IMG/VR virus record: IMGVR_UViG_3300042860_000123
Span: 1 to 38,256 of that record
Length of the DNA stretch: 38,256 nucleotides
Strand: one strand, 5' to 3'
Origin: a virus
Lineage: Duplodnaviria; Caudoviricetes
The position numbers were made by a program, and so were the translations under genes. This document shows positions 1 through 7,956 of this stretch, in pieces (position 1 is the stretch's first letter; every line of letters begins with the position of its first letter). The notes beneath the pieces are model-generated. The model had not been told where the DNA came from, did not search any database, and saw nothing but the letters and a program-made list of their open reading frames with translations.

Positions 1-327
1 CTGCCGACCCCCACAGGTTGGAAGTTGCTGTGCGTTGTTCCAGAAGCAGACGAAAAGATTGCAGGGTCAAACCTGTATAAACCAACGGAGTTCATGCGCC
101 AAGAAGAGACAGCCACCACGGTGCTGTTTGTATTGCGTGTAGGCCCCGATGCGTACAAAGACAGCGCCAAGTTTCCCAACGGAGCATGGTGTAAAGAAGG
201 CGACTTCGTTTTGGTACGTACTTACTCTGGCACAAGATTCAAAATCTTTGGCAAAGAGTTCCGTCTCATCAACGACGACCAAGTTGATGCTGTTGTGCAA
301 GACCCCCGTGGTTTAACCCGCGCTTGA
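1..327 (+). CDS. groES: GroES/Cpn10-like co-chaperonin (5'-partial; frame open from base 1)
   Basis: Frame 1 reads LPTPTGWKLLCVVPEADEK...VLRVGPDAY...WCKEGDFVLVRTYSGTRFKIFGKEFRLINDDQVDAVV, matching the Cpn10 pattern (P.G.++, V+.VGP, K.GD.V+, G.EFRL+NDD.V.AVV). Sits directly upstream of the capsid genes. Confidence 0.85.
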   Translation: MPTPTGWKLLCVVPEADEKIAGSNLYKPTEFMRQEETATTVLFVLRVGPDAYKDSAKFPNGAWCKEGDFVLVRTYSGTRFKIFGKEFRLINDDQVDAVVQDPRGLTRA

Positions 328-337
328 AAGGAAAGAA

Positions 338-1285
338 ATGGCTGAACAATATAAGTTTCCCGATGAACTTGATGATGAAAAAGCGGCTCCCGCTGAAGCG
401 TCTAATAGTGAAGTCGAAATTGAAATCGTTGACGATACGCCTGAACGCGATCGTGGGCGTAAACCTTTGGATCGTGAAGTAAACGACCCTTCCGATGATG
501 AACTTGAGAACTACTCTGATGGTGTCAAAAAACGCATCAAAGAGTTAACTCATGCCCGTCACGATGAGCGCCGTGTCAAAGAAGCGACAATGCGCGAGAA
601 GCAAGAGCTTGAAAGAATGGCCCAACACCTGTTGGCCGAGAACAACAAGCTCAAGCAGTACGTGAATAACGGCGAACAGCAATACGCTGAAACAATCAAG
701 GTAGCAACTGTTGCCGAGCTTGAAAACGCCAAGCGTAGGTACAAAGAGGCGTACGAAGCAGGAGACTCTGATGCTTTAGTAGCCGCCCAAGAAGCTTTGA
801 CAGACGCTAAAATGCGTGTAGAAGCTGCAAAAAACTTTAGACCTACCCCTTTACAACAGGATGAATCTGAGGTACAACTTAGGTCATCTCCTCCACCTCA
901 GCCCGAAGTCGATGATAAAACACTGCGCTGGCAGGCAAGAAACCAGTGGTTTGGGCAACCGGGGTATGAAGAACTCACCAGCTTTTCACTAGGGCTGCAC
1001 CAAAAACTAGTGAACTCGGGAATAGACCCCCGCTCTGACGAATATTTCGAGCGCATTGATGCTCGCATGAGAAACACGTTTCCTGATATTTTCGGGGGAC
1101 AAAACAGGCCGAAGTCTGGCGATGGCTCCAAAAAGCCTTCCACGGTTGTTGCCTCTGCGACTCGTTCGACAGGCGCAAAAAAAGTCCAACTAAGTCCAAC
1201 GCAAGTTTCGTTGGCAAAAAAGTTTGGCTTAACCCCGCAGCAATATGCTGTTGAATTGGTAAAAATGGAGAAATCAAATGGCTGA
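338..1285 (+). CDS. Probable capsid scaffolding protein
   Basis: 315 aa with acidic N-terminus, long charged coiled-coil and short basic C-terminal helix (VQLSPTQVSLAKKFGLTPQQYA). Upstream of the MCP; RBS-like aaggaaag. Confidence 0.6.
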   Translation: MAEQYKFPDELDDEKAAPAEASNSEVEIEIVDDTPERDRGRKPLDREVNDPSDDELENYSDGVKKRIKELTHARHDERRVKEATMREKQELERMAQHLLAENNKLKQYVNNGEQQYAETIKVATVAELENAKRRYKEAYEAGDSDALVAAQEALTDAKMRVEAAKNFRPTPLQQDESEVQLRSSPPPQPEVDDKTLRWQARNQWFGQPGYEELTSFSLGLHQKLVNSGIDPRSDEYFERIDARMRNTFPDIFGGQNRPKSGDGSKKPSTVVASATRSTGAKKVQLSPTQVSLAKKFGLTPQQYAVELVKMEKSNG

Positions 1286-1727
1286 AAACCGTACAAATCG
1301 TGACTTGATGTCACGCGAAAAATCTGCTCGTGCTGTATACGTACCGCCGACAAACTTGCCTGATCCACTGCCTGAACCGGGCTACGTGTATCGCTGGGTA
1401 GCGACACATGTGCTGGGACAGTCGGAAGTGACCAACGTATCACGCAGAATGCGTGAAGGTTGGGAGCCGGTGAAGGCAGCTGACCATCCAGAATTGATGC
1501 TGTTGGGTAACGAAAAGACTGGGAACGTGGAAATCGGTGGCCTCATGCTCTGCAAGATCGCCAAAGAAAAAGCGGAAGCCCGTGATGAGTACTTTAACCA
1601 GCAGGCTCAAAACCAGATGGAGTCAGTAGACAATAGCTTCATGCGACAAAATGACTCACGCATGCCGTTGTTTGCCGAACGCAAGTCGTCGTCAACGCGT
1701 GGTGGGTTTGGTTCTGGTTCTAAATAA
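1278..1727 (+). CDS. Conserved phage head-module protein, function unknown
   Basis: 149-aa ORF overlapping the previous stop; globular motif PEPGYVYRWV...REGWEPV; lies between scaffold and capsid genes. Confidence 0.6.
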   Translation: MAENRTNRDLMSREKSARAVYVPPTNLPDPLPEPGYVYRWVATHVLGQSEVTNVSRRMREGWEPVKAADHPELMLLGNEKTGNVEIGGLMLCKIAKEKAEARDEYFNQQAQNQMESVDNSFMRQNDSRMPLFAERKSSSTRGGFGSGSK

Positions 1728-1743
1728 ACTTAGGAGTCCTTAA

Positions 1744-2364
1744 ATGGCATCTACCGCTGCACCTTACGGCTTTCGCGCCGTAAACGAGTTGGGTGGCCTA
1801 CCATACGCTGGTAGCACTCGACAATTTCTGATCGACCCTGCTGGTTACAACACGAACATTTTCAATGGTTCGATCGTTGCAATCAACACGTCTGGTTACA
1901 TCAACATCGTCACTACAAATGGCGATAACAGCACACCGTTCCCAGCAGGCACTATCGGCGTTTTCGTCGGTTGCTCCTTCACGAACGCACAAGGCCAAAT
2001 CATTTACTCTCAGTACTACCCTGCCAACACAGCTTCTGTGCAAGGCTCTGCTATTACTGCGTACGTAATTGATGACGACCGCGCTGTGTTCCAAGTGCAA
2101 GCTAACGGCTCAATGGCTCAAACCACTTTGGGCATGAACGTGAATCTGAGCGCTGTTCAGAGCACTTCAACAGGCTCTACGACCACTGGTAATTCCACTA
2201 CGGCTGTTAGCTCTACTGCTGCTGCCACTTCTGGTATTGCTTTCCGTGTTGTCGGTTTTGCAGACACCCCCGGCTTCTCACAAGTTGGCGATGCCTTCAC
2301 CGACATCTTGGTCAAGTTCAATCCCGGCGCACATTCATACAGCAACGCCACCGGCGTAGCATAA
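1744..2364 (+). CDS. Virion structural protein, probable capsid decoration/cement protein
   Basis: 206 aa, G/T/A/S-rich beta-type composition, aggag RBS, immediately upstream of the MCP. Confidence 0.55.
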   Translation: MASTAAPYGFRAVNELGGLPYAGSTRQFLIDPAGYNTNIFNGSIVAINTSGYINIVTTNGDNSTPFPAGTIGVFVGCSFTNAQGQIIYSQYYPANTASVQGSAITAYVIDDDRAVFQVQANGSMAQTTLGMNVNLSAVQSTSTGSTTTGNSTTAVSSTAAATSGIAFRVVGFADTPGFSQVGDAFTDILVKFNPGAHSYSNATGVA

Positions 2365-2377
2365 GGAGTAACTAACC

Positions 2378-3307
2378 ATGGCAATTTCACGCGCACAACT
2401 ACTTAAAGAGCTGCTCCCCGGCCTGAACGCTTTGTTCGGTTTAGAGTACGCACGCTACGGCGAAGAGCACAAAGAAATCTACGAAACAGAGAAATCTGAG
2501 CGTAGCTTCGAAGAAGAGACAAAGCTTGCTGGCTTTGGTTCTGCTCCCGTCAAGAATGAAGGTCAAGCCATTGCTTATGACAATGCGCAAGAAGCCTTCA
2601 CCGCTCGCTACAACCACGAGACTATCGCTCTGGGCTTCAGTATCACTGAAGAAGCTGTGGAAGATAACCTGTATGACTCTTTGTCTGCACGTTACACCAA
2701 GGCTTTGGCCCGCGCTATGTCTTACACCAAGCAAGTTAAAGCCGCTTCCGTTATCAACAACGGTTTCAGCGGTAGCTATCTTGGCGGTGACGGCGTTTCT
2801 TTGTTCGGTGTTAACTCCTCTAGCGCCCGTGTTGGTCACCCACTCGTTAACGGTGGTGTGAACTTCAACAGCCCAACTACTGGTGTTGACTTGAACGAAA
2901 CCTCTTTGGAAAATGCTGTGATTCAAATCGCTGCATGGACTGATGAGCGCGGTCTGTTGATCGCCGCTAAGCCCCGTAAGATGGTGATTCCTCCAGCACT
3001 GATGTTCGTTGCCAAGCGCTTGCTTGACACCGAGTTGCGTGTTCAAACTGCTGACAACGATATCAACGCGTTGAAGCAAATGGGTGCAATCCCAGAAGGT
3101 TATACCGTTAACCACTTCTTGACCGACAGCAACGGCTGGTATTTGATTACCGACGTGCCAAACGGCATGAAGCACTTTGAGCGTATGCCTTTGGCTAACT
3201 CAATGGACGGTGACTTCGATACTGGTAACGTCCGTTACAAGGCTCGTGAGCGTTACAGCTTCGGCTGGTCTGATCCCCTCGGCATGTGGGGTTCTGCAGG
3301 CGCGTAA
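2378..3307 (+). CDS. Major capsid protein (HK97 fold, Mu gpT-like)
   Basis: MAISRAQLLKELLPGLNALFGLEY N-terminus and DFDTGNVRYKARERYSFGWSDP C-terminus are typical of this MCP family. Strong aaggag RBS and a downstream terminator. Confidence 0.9.
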   Translation: MAISRAQLLKELLPGLNALFGLEYARYGEEHKEIYETEKSERSFEEETKLAGFGSAPVKNEGQAIAYDNAQEAFTARYNHETIALGFSITEEAVEDNLYDSLSARYTKALARAMSYTKQVKAASVINNGFSGSYLGGDGVSLFGVNSSSARVGHPLVNGGVNFNSPTTGVDLNETSLENAVIQIAAWTDERGLLIAAKPRKMVIPPALMFVAKRLLDTELRVQTADNDINALKQMGAIPEGYTVNHFLTDSNGWYLITDVPNGMKHFERMPLANSMDGDFDTGNVRYKARERYSFGWSDPLGMWGSAGA

Positions 3308-3314
3308 TGCGTAA

Positions 3315-3390
3315 GGCGTTGGCGGTGTGGTGAGTACACACAGATCGACAAGACTAGGATGCTGGGTTTGAATCCCAGACAACGCCACTA
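3315..3390 (+). pseudogene. tRNA-like element / degenerate tRNA (anticodon not assignable)
   Basis: 76 nt. Perfect 7-bp acceptor-like stem GGCGTTG(3315-21)/CAACGCC(3380-86); T-arm CTGGG-TTTGAAT-CCCAG (3362-78); D-like hairpin GTGT/ACAC; 3' end A-CTA resembles NCCA. Anticodon arm pairs poorly. Confidence 0.55.
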
Positions 3391-3414
3391 AAAAGCTCCT
3401 TCGGGGGCTTTTTT
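3390..3414 (+). terminator. Rho-independent terminator after MCP and tRNA-like element
   Basis: AAAAAGCTCC-TTCG-GGGGC-TTTTTT: GC stem, cUUCGg loop, U-tract, with an upstream A-tract. Confidence 0.85.
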
Positions 3415-3419
3415 ATTTG

Positions 3420-3448
3420 TTGCATGTGTTTTTTATTTGGTGTATATT
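3420..3448 (+). promoter_or_regulatory. Sigma70-type promoter
   Basis: TTGCAT (3420-25), 17-nt spacer, TATATT (3443-48), directly after the terminator. Predicted start about 3455. Confidence 0.6.
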
Positions 3449-3457
3449 GCAATCAAT

Positions 3458-3530
3458 CCGGGCTTATCCGGTGTTCTTACAGTCCCGGCTGACGACATGC
3501 AGATAGAACACCCCAACTTGCATGTAAGGA
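3458..3530 (+). ncRNA. Candidate structured 5' leader (chained pseudoknots)
   Basis: Three interleaved complementary pairs: CCGGG 3458-62/CCCGG 3484-88; GGTGTTCT 3470-77/AGAACACC 3505-12; ACATGCA 3495-3501/TGCATGT 3519-25, the last abutting the SD AAGGA. Confidence 0.5.
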
Positions 3531-3536
3531 AATATC

Positions 3537-4061
3537 ATGGCAAATACCACATTCAACGGCCCAGTACGGTCGCAAAACGGCTTTCAGTCCATCAGCATTA
3601 ACAGCACTACCGGTGCCGTTACAGTCAACGCTACGTTTGGCGCAGCCACCAGCGTTACAGATTTGACCACCACAAATCTGGTTTTCACCGATCAAAACCA
3701 CCCCACAAAAGCCGCGCTTACCGCAACGGCTACCCTCACTGCAGCACAAGTTGCAACTGGCTACATCACAGTAACTTCAGCCTCTGCTGTAACTCTCACA
3801 CTGCCTACAGGCACATTGCTTGGCGCGGCTCTTGGTGCGACCCAAGGTACTGTGTTGGAGTTGTACATTGACAACACCGCAAGCACAAGCTCAGGCGCTG
3901 TGACTGTGGCCGTAGCTACAAACGGTATCTTGTCTAGCGCTGCCGCTGACACCCCCGGTAGCTTTGGTGATTTGACAATTCCCGTTGGTGCAACAGGTTT
4001 GGCTCGTTTCACCATCATGTTCTCTAGCGCAACAGCGTACGTGTTTACCCGTACTGCCTAA
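3537..4061 (+). CDS. Virion structural protein (head decoration/fibre-like)
   Basis: 174 aa, T/A-rich, MANTTFNGPVRS N-terminus. Has its own promoter, RBS and terminator, suggesting high expression. Confidence 0.6.
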   Translation: MANTTFNGPVRSQNGFQSISINSTTGAVTVNATFGAATSVTDLTTTNLVFTDQNHPTKAALTATATLTAAQVATGYITVTSASAVTLTLPTGTLLGAALGATQGTVLELYIDNTASTSSGAVTVAVATNGILSSAAADTPGSFGDLTIPVGATGLARFTIMFSSATAYVFTRTA

Positions 4062-4070
4062 TCAACCCAA

Positions 4071-4090
4071 GGGGCTTCGGCCCCGTTTTT
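4071..4090 (+). terminator. Rho-independent terminator
   Basis: GGGGC-TTCG-GCCCC-GTTTTT. Confidence 0.8.
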
Positions 4091-4104
4091 AAAGGAGATT
4101 GATT

Positions 4105-4620
4105 ATGACGATGCAATATGACGTAAAGTCGGCGCACCTAGACCAAAGCGGCTTCATGGTGCCATACCCTACACGGGTCAAAGCTATATCTTACACAGGG
4201 GGTGGAGTTGCGGGGTATGTAACCTTGTTTGACACCACATCAACCCCTGTTTCTGCCAGCGTGACTTATGGGCGTTCTGGTACTACTGTAACGGTAACCA
4301 AAACTGCTCATGGTTTGATTACGGGTGACGTCATTGGTATCCATTTTCAGAGTGGCACGGGCGGTGCAGCAACTGATGGTACATACACCATAACCCGTAC
4401 TGGCGCAGACACATTTACGTTGACTGACATTAACAGCGGTACTATTACTGCAACTCCAGCGGCTGTTTATGCGGTTGGTAAGTGGTTGGTGACCTATCAA
4501 GCAACGGCTGAAGATTATTTCTTCAACGGCTTTCCAATCCCCGGTGAAGGTGTTCGTGCATACAACGGCGTGTACGCATATCTTTCCGGTTTAAGTGCGG
4601 TGAATATTTATTATGGCTAA
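4105..4620 (+). CDS. Virion structural protein with inserted small beta-sandwich domain
   Basis: ATG 4105 follows an aaggag RBS. Central YGRSGTTVTVTKTAHGLITGD...GTYTIT..GADTFT segment resembles the FCCH-like modules seen in phage structural proteins. Confidence 0.55.
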   Translation: MTMQYDVKSAHLDQSGFMVPYPTRVKAISYTGGGVAGYVTLFDTTSTPVSASVTYGRSGTTVTVTKTAHGLITGDVIGIHFQSGTGGAATDGTYTITRTGADTFTLTDINSGTITATPAAVYAVGKWLVTYQATAEDYFFNGFPIPGEGVRAYNGVYAYLSGLSAVNIYYG

Positions 4621-4867
4621 GACACCAGCATGGCAACGCAAAGAGGGCAAGTCCGAGAAGGGCGGCTTGAACGCCAAGGGACGGGCCTCGTACAACAAGG
4701 CAAACCCCGGCAAGCCGGGCTTGAAGCGTCCTCAACCAGAGGGCGGCAAACGCCGCGACTCTTTCTGCGCCCGTATGGAAGGCATGAAGAAGAAGCTGAC
4801 CGGAGAGAAGGCCAAGAAAGACCCGAACTCCCGCATAAACAAAAGCCTTCGGGCTTGGAACTGCTGA
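4613..4867 (+). CDS. Small basic phage protein (DUF6321-like)
   Basis: 84 aa, K/R-rich, with GGLNAKGRASY, RRDSFCARM and SLRAWNC motifs. Translationally coupled to the upstream gene. Confidence 0.65.
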   Translation: MAKTPAWQRKEGKSEKGGLNAKGRASYNKANPGKPGLKRPQPEGGKRRDSFCARMEGMKKKLTGEKAKKDPNSRINKSLRAWNC

Positions 4868-4868
4868 T

Positions 4869-5114
4869 ATGAGCGACGCTATTCAAACCGCCAGAGAGTT
4901 AGCCACGCATGCGTCTGACATCAAGCACTTGCAAGATGACATGGACAAGATGCTGGACAACATGAAAACTATTCAGGCAACACTAGCGGCTATTGACAAA
5001 ACATTGTCTGAAGCCAAAGGTGGCTGGAAAGTTTTAATGTTAGTTGGCGGGGCTAGTAGCGTTGTAGGCGCAGGTTTGGTTCAGCTTGTTAATTGGTATG
5101 CAGGAGGTAAGTGA
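4869..5114 (+). CDS. Small coiled-coil protein with C-terminal membrane anchor
   Basis: Heptad N-terminus followed by hydrophobic KGGWKVLMLVGGASSVVGAGLVQLV. Confidence 0.6.
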   Translation: MSDAIQTARELATHASDIKHLQDDMDKMLDNMKTIQATLAAIDKTLSEAKGGWKVLMLVGGASSVVGAGLVQLVNWYAGGK

Positions 5115-5533
5115 TGCCTAGCACTAGCAAGAAACAACACAATTTCATGGCGGCAATAGCGCACAACCCTGCGTTTGCCAAAAAAGTTGGAATACCGCAA
5201 AGCGTTGGAAAAGACTTCAACGATGCGGATAAGGGTAAGAAGTTTGGTTCTGGCGGGAAAACCCGTGCGGATGTTCAAAGTGTAAATAAGCCAAAAACCA
5301 ATCACGGGAAAATGGCTCTTTTTAAAGAAGGTGGGAATATCATGGCTACAAAAAACAACGGCATCACTACTGCCAAAATGGGTTCAGTGCGTACAGCGGC
5401 TCCTAGCCGTGATGGTCTTGCTTCTAAAGGCAAGACCAAAGGCACTATGGTTAAGATGTCTGGTTCCACGCCCTTGGGTATGAAAAAGGGCGGCATGACC
5501 AAGAAGATGAACATGGGCGGCAAGACCTGCTAA
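5114..5533 (+). CDS. Lys-rich small protein with four xxGG motifs
   Basis: MPSTSKKQHNFMAAIAHNPAFAKKVGIPQSVG; motifs FGSGG, FKEGG, MKKGG, MNMGG. ggagg RBS. Confidence 0.65.
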   Translation: MPSTSKKQHNFMAAIAHNPAFAKKVGIPQSVGKDFNDADKGKKFGSGGKTRADVQSVNKPKTNHGKMALFKEGGNIMATKNNGITTAKMGSVRTAAPSRDGLASKGKTKGTMVKMSGSTPLGMKKGGMTKKMNMGGKTC

Positions 5534-5540
5534 TGTCATG

Positions 5541-5813
5541 ATGGCGAGTCGCGGTATGGGGGACATCAATCCCTCAAAGATGCCAAGCGGCAAGCGTAAG
5601 GCTCGCCGTGATGATACTGACTTCACCCAATACAAAGAGGGTGGTAGCGTCAATGCTGCTGGCAATTACACAAAGCCCGGTCTTCGCAAGAAGATTGTGT
5701 CTCAAGTAAAAGCCGCAGCAACTCATGGCACTGGCGCAGGTCAGTGGTCGGCTCGTAAAGCTCAGCTAGTTGCCAAGAAGTACAAGGCGGCTGGCGGGGG
5801 TTACCGAGATTGA
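5541..5813 (+). CDS. Small basic phage protein
   Basis: MASRGMGDINPSKMP...YKEGG...GQWSARKAQLVAKKYKAAGGGY; part of a tightly packed operon. Confidence 0.65.
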   Translation: MASRGMGDINPSKMPSGKRKARRDDTDFTQYKEGGSVNAAGNYTKPGLRKKIVSQVKAAATHGTGAGQWSARKAQLVAKKYKAAGGGYRD

Positions 5814-6043
5814 AAGCGCCTCAAAAATCATTGAAGGATTGGGGCGACCAAAAATGGAGAACCAAAAGTGGCAAACGCTCTTCTGACACGGGTGAAAGAT
5901 ACCTTCCAAGCGCTGCGATTAAAAGTCTCAGCCCTAGTGAGTACGCTGCGACGACCAAAGCCAAGCGAGCTGGAAAAAAAGCCGGAAAGCAATTCGTAGC
6001 GCAACCTAAAACTATTGCAAAAAAGACCGCAGGGTTTAGATAA
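5810..6043 (+). CDS. Small basic phage protein (DUF5872-like)
   Basis: TTGA start/stop overlap; QKSLKDWGDQKWRTKSGK...GERYLP motif. Confidence 0.6.
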   Translation: MKAPQKSLKDWGDQKWRTKSGKRSSDTGERYLPSAAIKSLSPSEYAATTKAKRAGKKAGKQFVAQPKTIAKKTAGFR

Positions 6044-6054
6044 AAGGAACCATC

Positions 6055-7023
6055 ATGAGCCCAGCATTTGGAAACCCAACAGGCACGTTCGCGCAACAGT
6101 CGCAGAACAATAAAATGTCTCAGCCTTTTGGTGGGCAAAATGGCCAGCCGCAACAAGGTTTTGGCGGTCAACAACAAGGCGGTCTTGGCGGCATGTTTGG
6201 CGGTCAACAACAAGGCGGCTTTGGTGGCTTCGGTGGTCAGCAAGGCGGCTTTGGTATGCCTCAGATGCAAAGTCCCTACGGCCCACAACAAGGTGGCTTT
6301 GGTGGTTTTGGTGGTGGCTTTGGCGGTGGTTTTAACCCATACCAACAGCAGATGCAAAGTCCCTATGGCCCACAGATGGGCGGCTTTGGTGGTGGCTTTG
6401 GCGGCGGGTTCGGTGGTGGCTTTGGCGGCATGATGGGCGGCGGTTTTAACCCATACCAACAAGGCATGATGGGGGGCTTTGGCGGCATGATGGGCGGTTT
6501 TAATCCGTACCAACAGCAGATGCAGAGTCCTTACGGCCCTCAGATGGGCGGCTACGGCGGTGGCTTTGGTGGTGGCATGGGCGGCTTTGGCCGTGGTAGA
6601 GGTCGCGGTATGGGCGGTTTTGGTGACCAGCAACAACGTAGCTACGAAGAGTACGCTGGTTCACCCACACAAGAATTGAAGATGCCGCGTGAGCAATATG
6701 AAGCTCAACAGGGCATGTTCTCTGGCAATAGACCTGATCCAAGGATGCGTGCTGATATACCGCGCCAACTAAGTGGAACACCTCAACCGGTAGAGAATAT
6801 GCCCCAACAGTACAGCCCTGAAGAGTACTTGAAGCGAGGCTTACAAATGCAGGCGCAAAACGCAGCTATGAACAATAGGGGCGGTATAGAAGCAAGACCT
6901 CAGTACCAAGATTCAAATACGATGAGTGCCGCTGTTATGCCTACCATGGGTACTATGGACAGACCCGGAAATTATGGCCGTAACTCTGATGTAATGTCTA
7001 GTTTCTCAAGATTGTTTGGATAA
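6055..7023 (+). CDS. G/F/Q/M-rich low-complexity (prion-like/FG-like) protein
   Basis: aaagga RBS; exactly fills the gap between neighbouring genes. About 190 aa of GGFGG/QQQ repeats, QMQSPYGPQ x3, FNPYQQ x3, and an RGRGRG tract. Confidence 0.7.
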   Translation: MSPAFGNPTGTFAQQSQNNKMSQPFGGQNGQPQQGFGGQQQGGLGGMFGGQQQGGFGGFGGQQGGFGMPQMQSPYGPQQGGFGGFGGGFGGGFNPYQQQMQSPYGPQMGGFGGGFGGGFGGGFGGMMGGGFNPYQQGMMGGFGGMMGGFNPYQQQMQSPYGPQMGGYGGGFGGGMGGFGRGRGRGMGGFGDQQQRSYEEYAGSPTQELKMPREQYEAQQGMFSGNRPDPRMRADIPRQLSGTPQPVENMPQQYSPEEYLKRGLQMQAQNAAMNNRGGIEARPQYQDSNTMSAAVMPTMGTMDRPGNYGRNSDVMSSFSRLFG

Positions 7024-7026
7024 CAC

Positions 7027-7956
7027 ATGACCATCTCAGGAACAGCAAATTTCAACCTCGATCTTTCTGAGATCGTTGAAGAGGCGTTTGAGCGTTGTGG
7101 CTCAGAACTGCGCACGGGCTATGACCTGCGCACGGCTCGTCGTTCCTTGAACTTAATGTTTGCTGACTGGGCAAACCGCGGTATCAACATGTGGACATTT
7201 GAGCAGGGCACGATCAACCTGACTCCGGGCTTAGCTACCTACGCTTTGCCAACAGACACAGTGGATTTGCTGGAGCATGTGATTCGTACAGGAGCCGGTA
7301 GCGCGTCTACCCAAGCTGACTTGACCATCACACGTATCAGTGTTTCTACGTACGCCACGATCCCAAACAAGCTTCAGCAAGCTCGCCCCATTCAGTTGTG
7401 GTTTCAGCGCTTGGATGGCCAGCGTTCGGCAATTGGTACAACCTTGTCGTCTACCATCACATCAACAGACACAACCATCACAGTAGCTTCTACTGCGGGT
7501 TTGGCAACCACAGGTTTTGTGTTGATTGGGACAGAGACCATCAACTACGGCTCCGTCAGCGGCAACCAACTGCTGTACTGCACACGCGGTCAGGCAGGAA
7601 CAACGGCAGCAGCTCACACTGCAGGCGCACCTGTGTACGCACAGAACTTGCCCTCTGTTACTGTGTGGCCAACCCCAGACAACAGCCAGACGTACCAACT
7701 CGTGTACTGGCGCATGCGCCGTATTGATGATGCTGGCGGCGGTGTAAACACAATGGATGTGCCGTTCAGATTTTTGAACTGCATGGTTGCAGGTTTGGCG
7801 TATTACTTGGCTTTGAAGATTCCCGATGGGGCGCAGCGCCTTGATGTCTTGAAAGCTCAGTACGATGAGGCTTGGCAGTTGGCGTCTGATGAAGACCGCG
7901 AAAAGGCTGCTGTTCGTTTTGTGCCTCGTCAGATGTTCATTGGAAGCGGTACGTAA
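7027..7956 (+). CDS. Head-tail adaptor / tail tubular protein A-like, with inserted beta domain
   Basis: Helical N-terminus (IVEEAFERCG...ARRSLNLMFADWANRG) and C-terminus (GLAYYLALK...LKAQYDEAW) typical of podovirus adaptors; T-rich insert TTLSSTITSTDTTITVAST. Confidence 0.6.
   Translation: MTISGTANFNLDLSEIVEEAFERCGSELRTGYDLRTARRSLNLMFADWANRGINMWTFEQGTINLTPGLATYALPTDTVDLLEHVIRTGAGSASTQADLTITRISVSTYATIPNKLQQARPIQLWFQRLDGQRSAIGTTLSSTITSTDTTITVASTAGLATTGFVLIGTETINYGSVSGNQLLYCTRGQAGTTAAAHTAGAPVYAQNLPSVTVWPTPDNSQTYQLVYWRMRRIDDAGGGVNTMDVPFRFLNCMVAGLAYYLALKIPDGAQRLDVLKAQYDEAWQLASDEDREKAAVRFVPRQMFIGSGT

Noticed and set aside
2441-3175. 244-aa minus-strand ORF
   Set aside because: Lies wholly antisense to the major capsid gene; explained by codon bias.
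3315-3390. Functional tRNA-Val(GAC) or attP site
   Set aside because: GAC lies near the anticodon position, but the stem is broken and U33, C56 and CCA are not canonical; no integrase in the window. Kept only as tRNA-like.
5342-5533. Separate internal gene starting MATKNNG within ORF5114
   Set aside because: GAAGGTGG upstream could act as an SD, but the frame is continuous and an internal start cannot be supported from sequence alone.
6150-6600. Possible CRISPR-like array suggested by recurring repeats
   Set aside because: Repeats are in-frame, degenerate and coding, without constant repeat-spacer geometry; no cas genes.
5821-6636. 271-aa minus-strand ORF with TKAAH/TTKA repeats
   Set aside because: Antisense shadow of the GGC/TTT-rich repeats of ORF6055; opposite to operon direction and no evident RBS.
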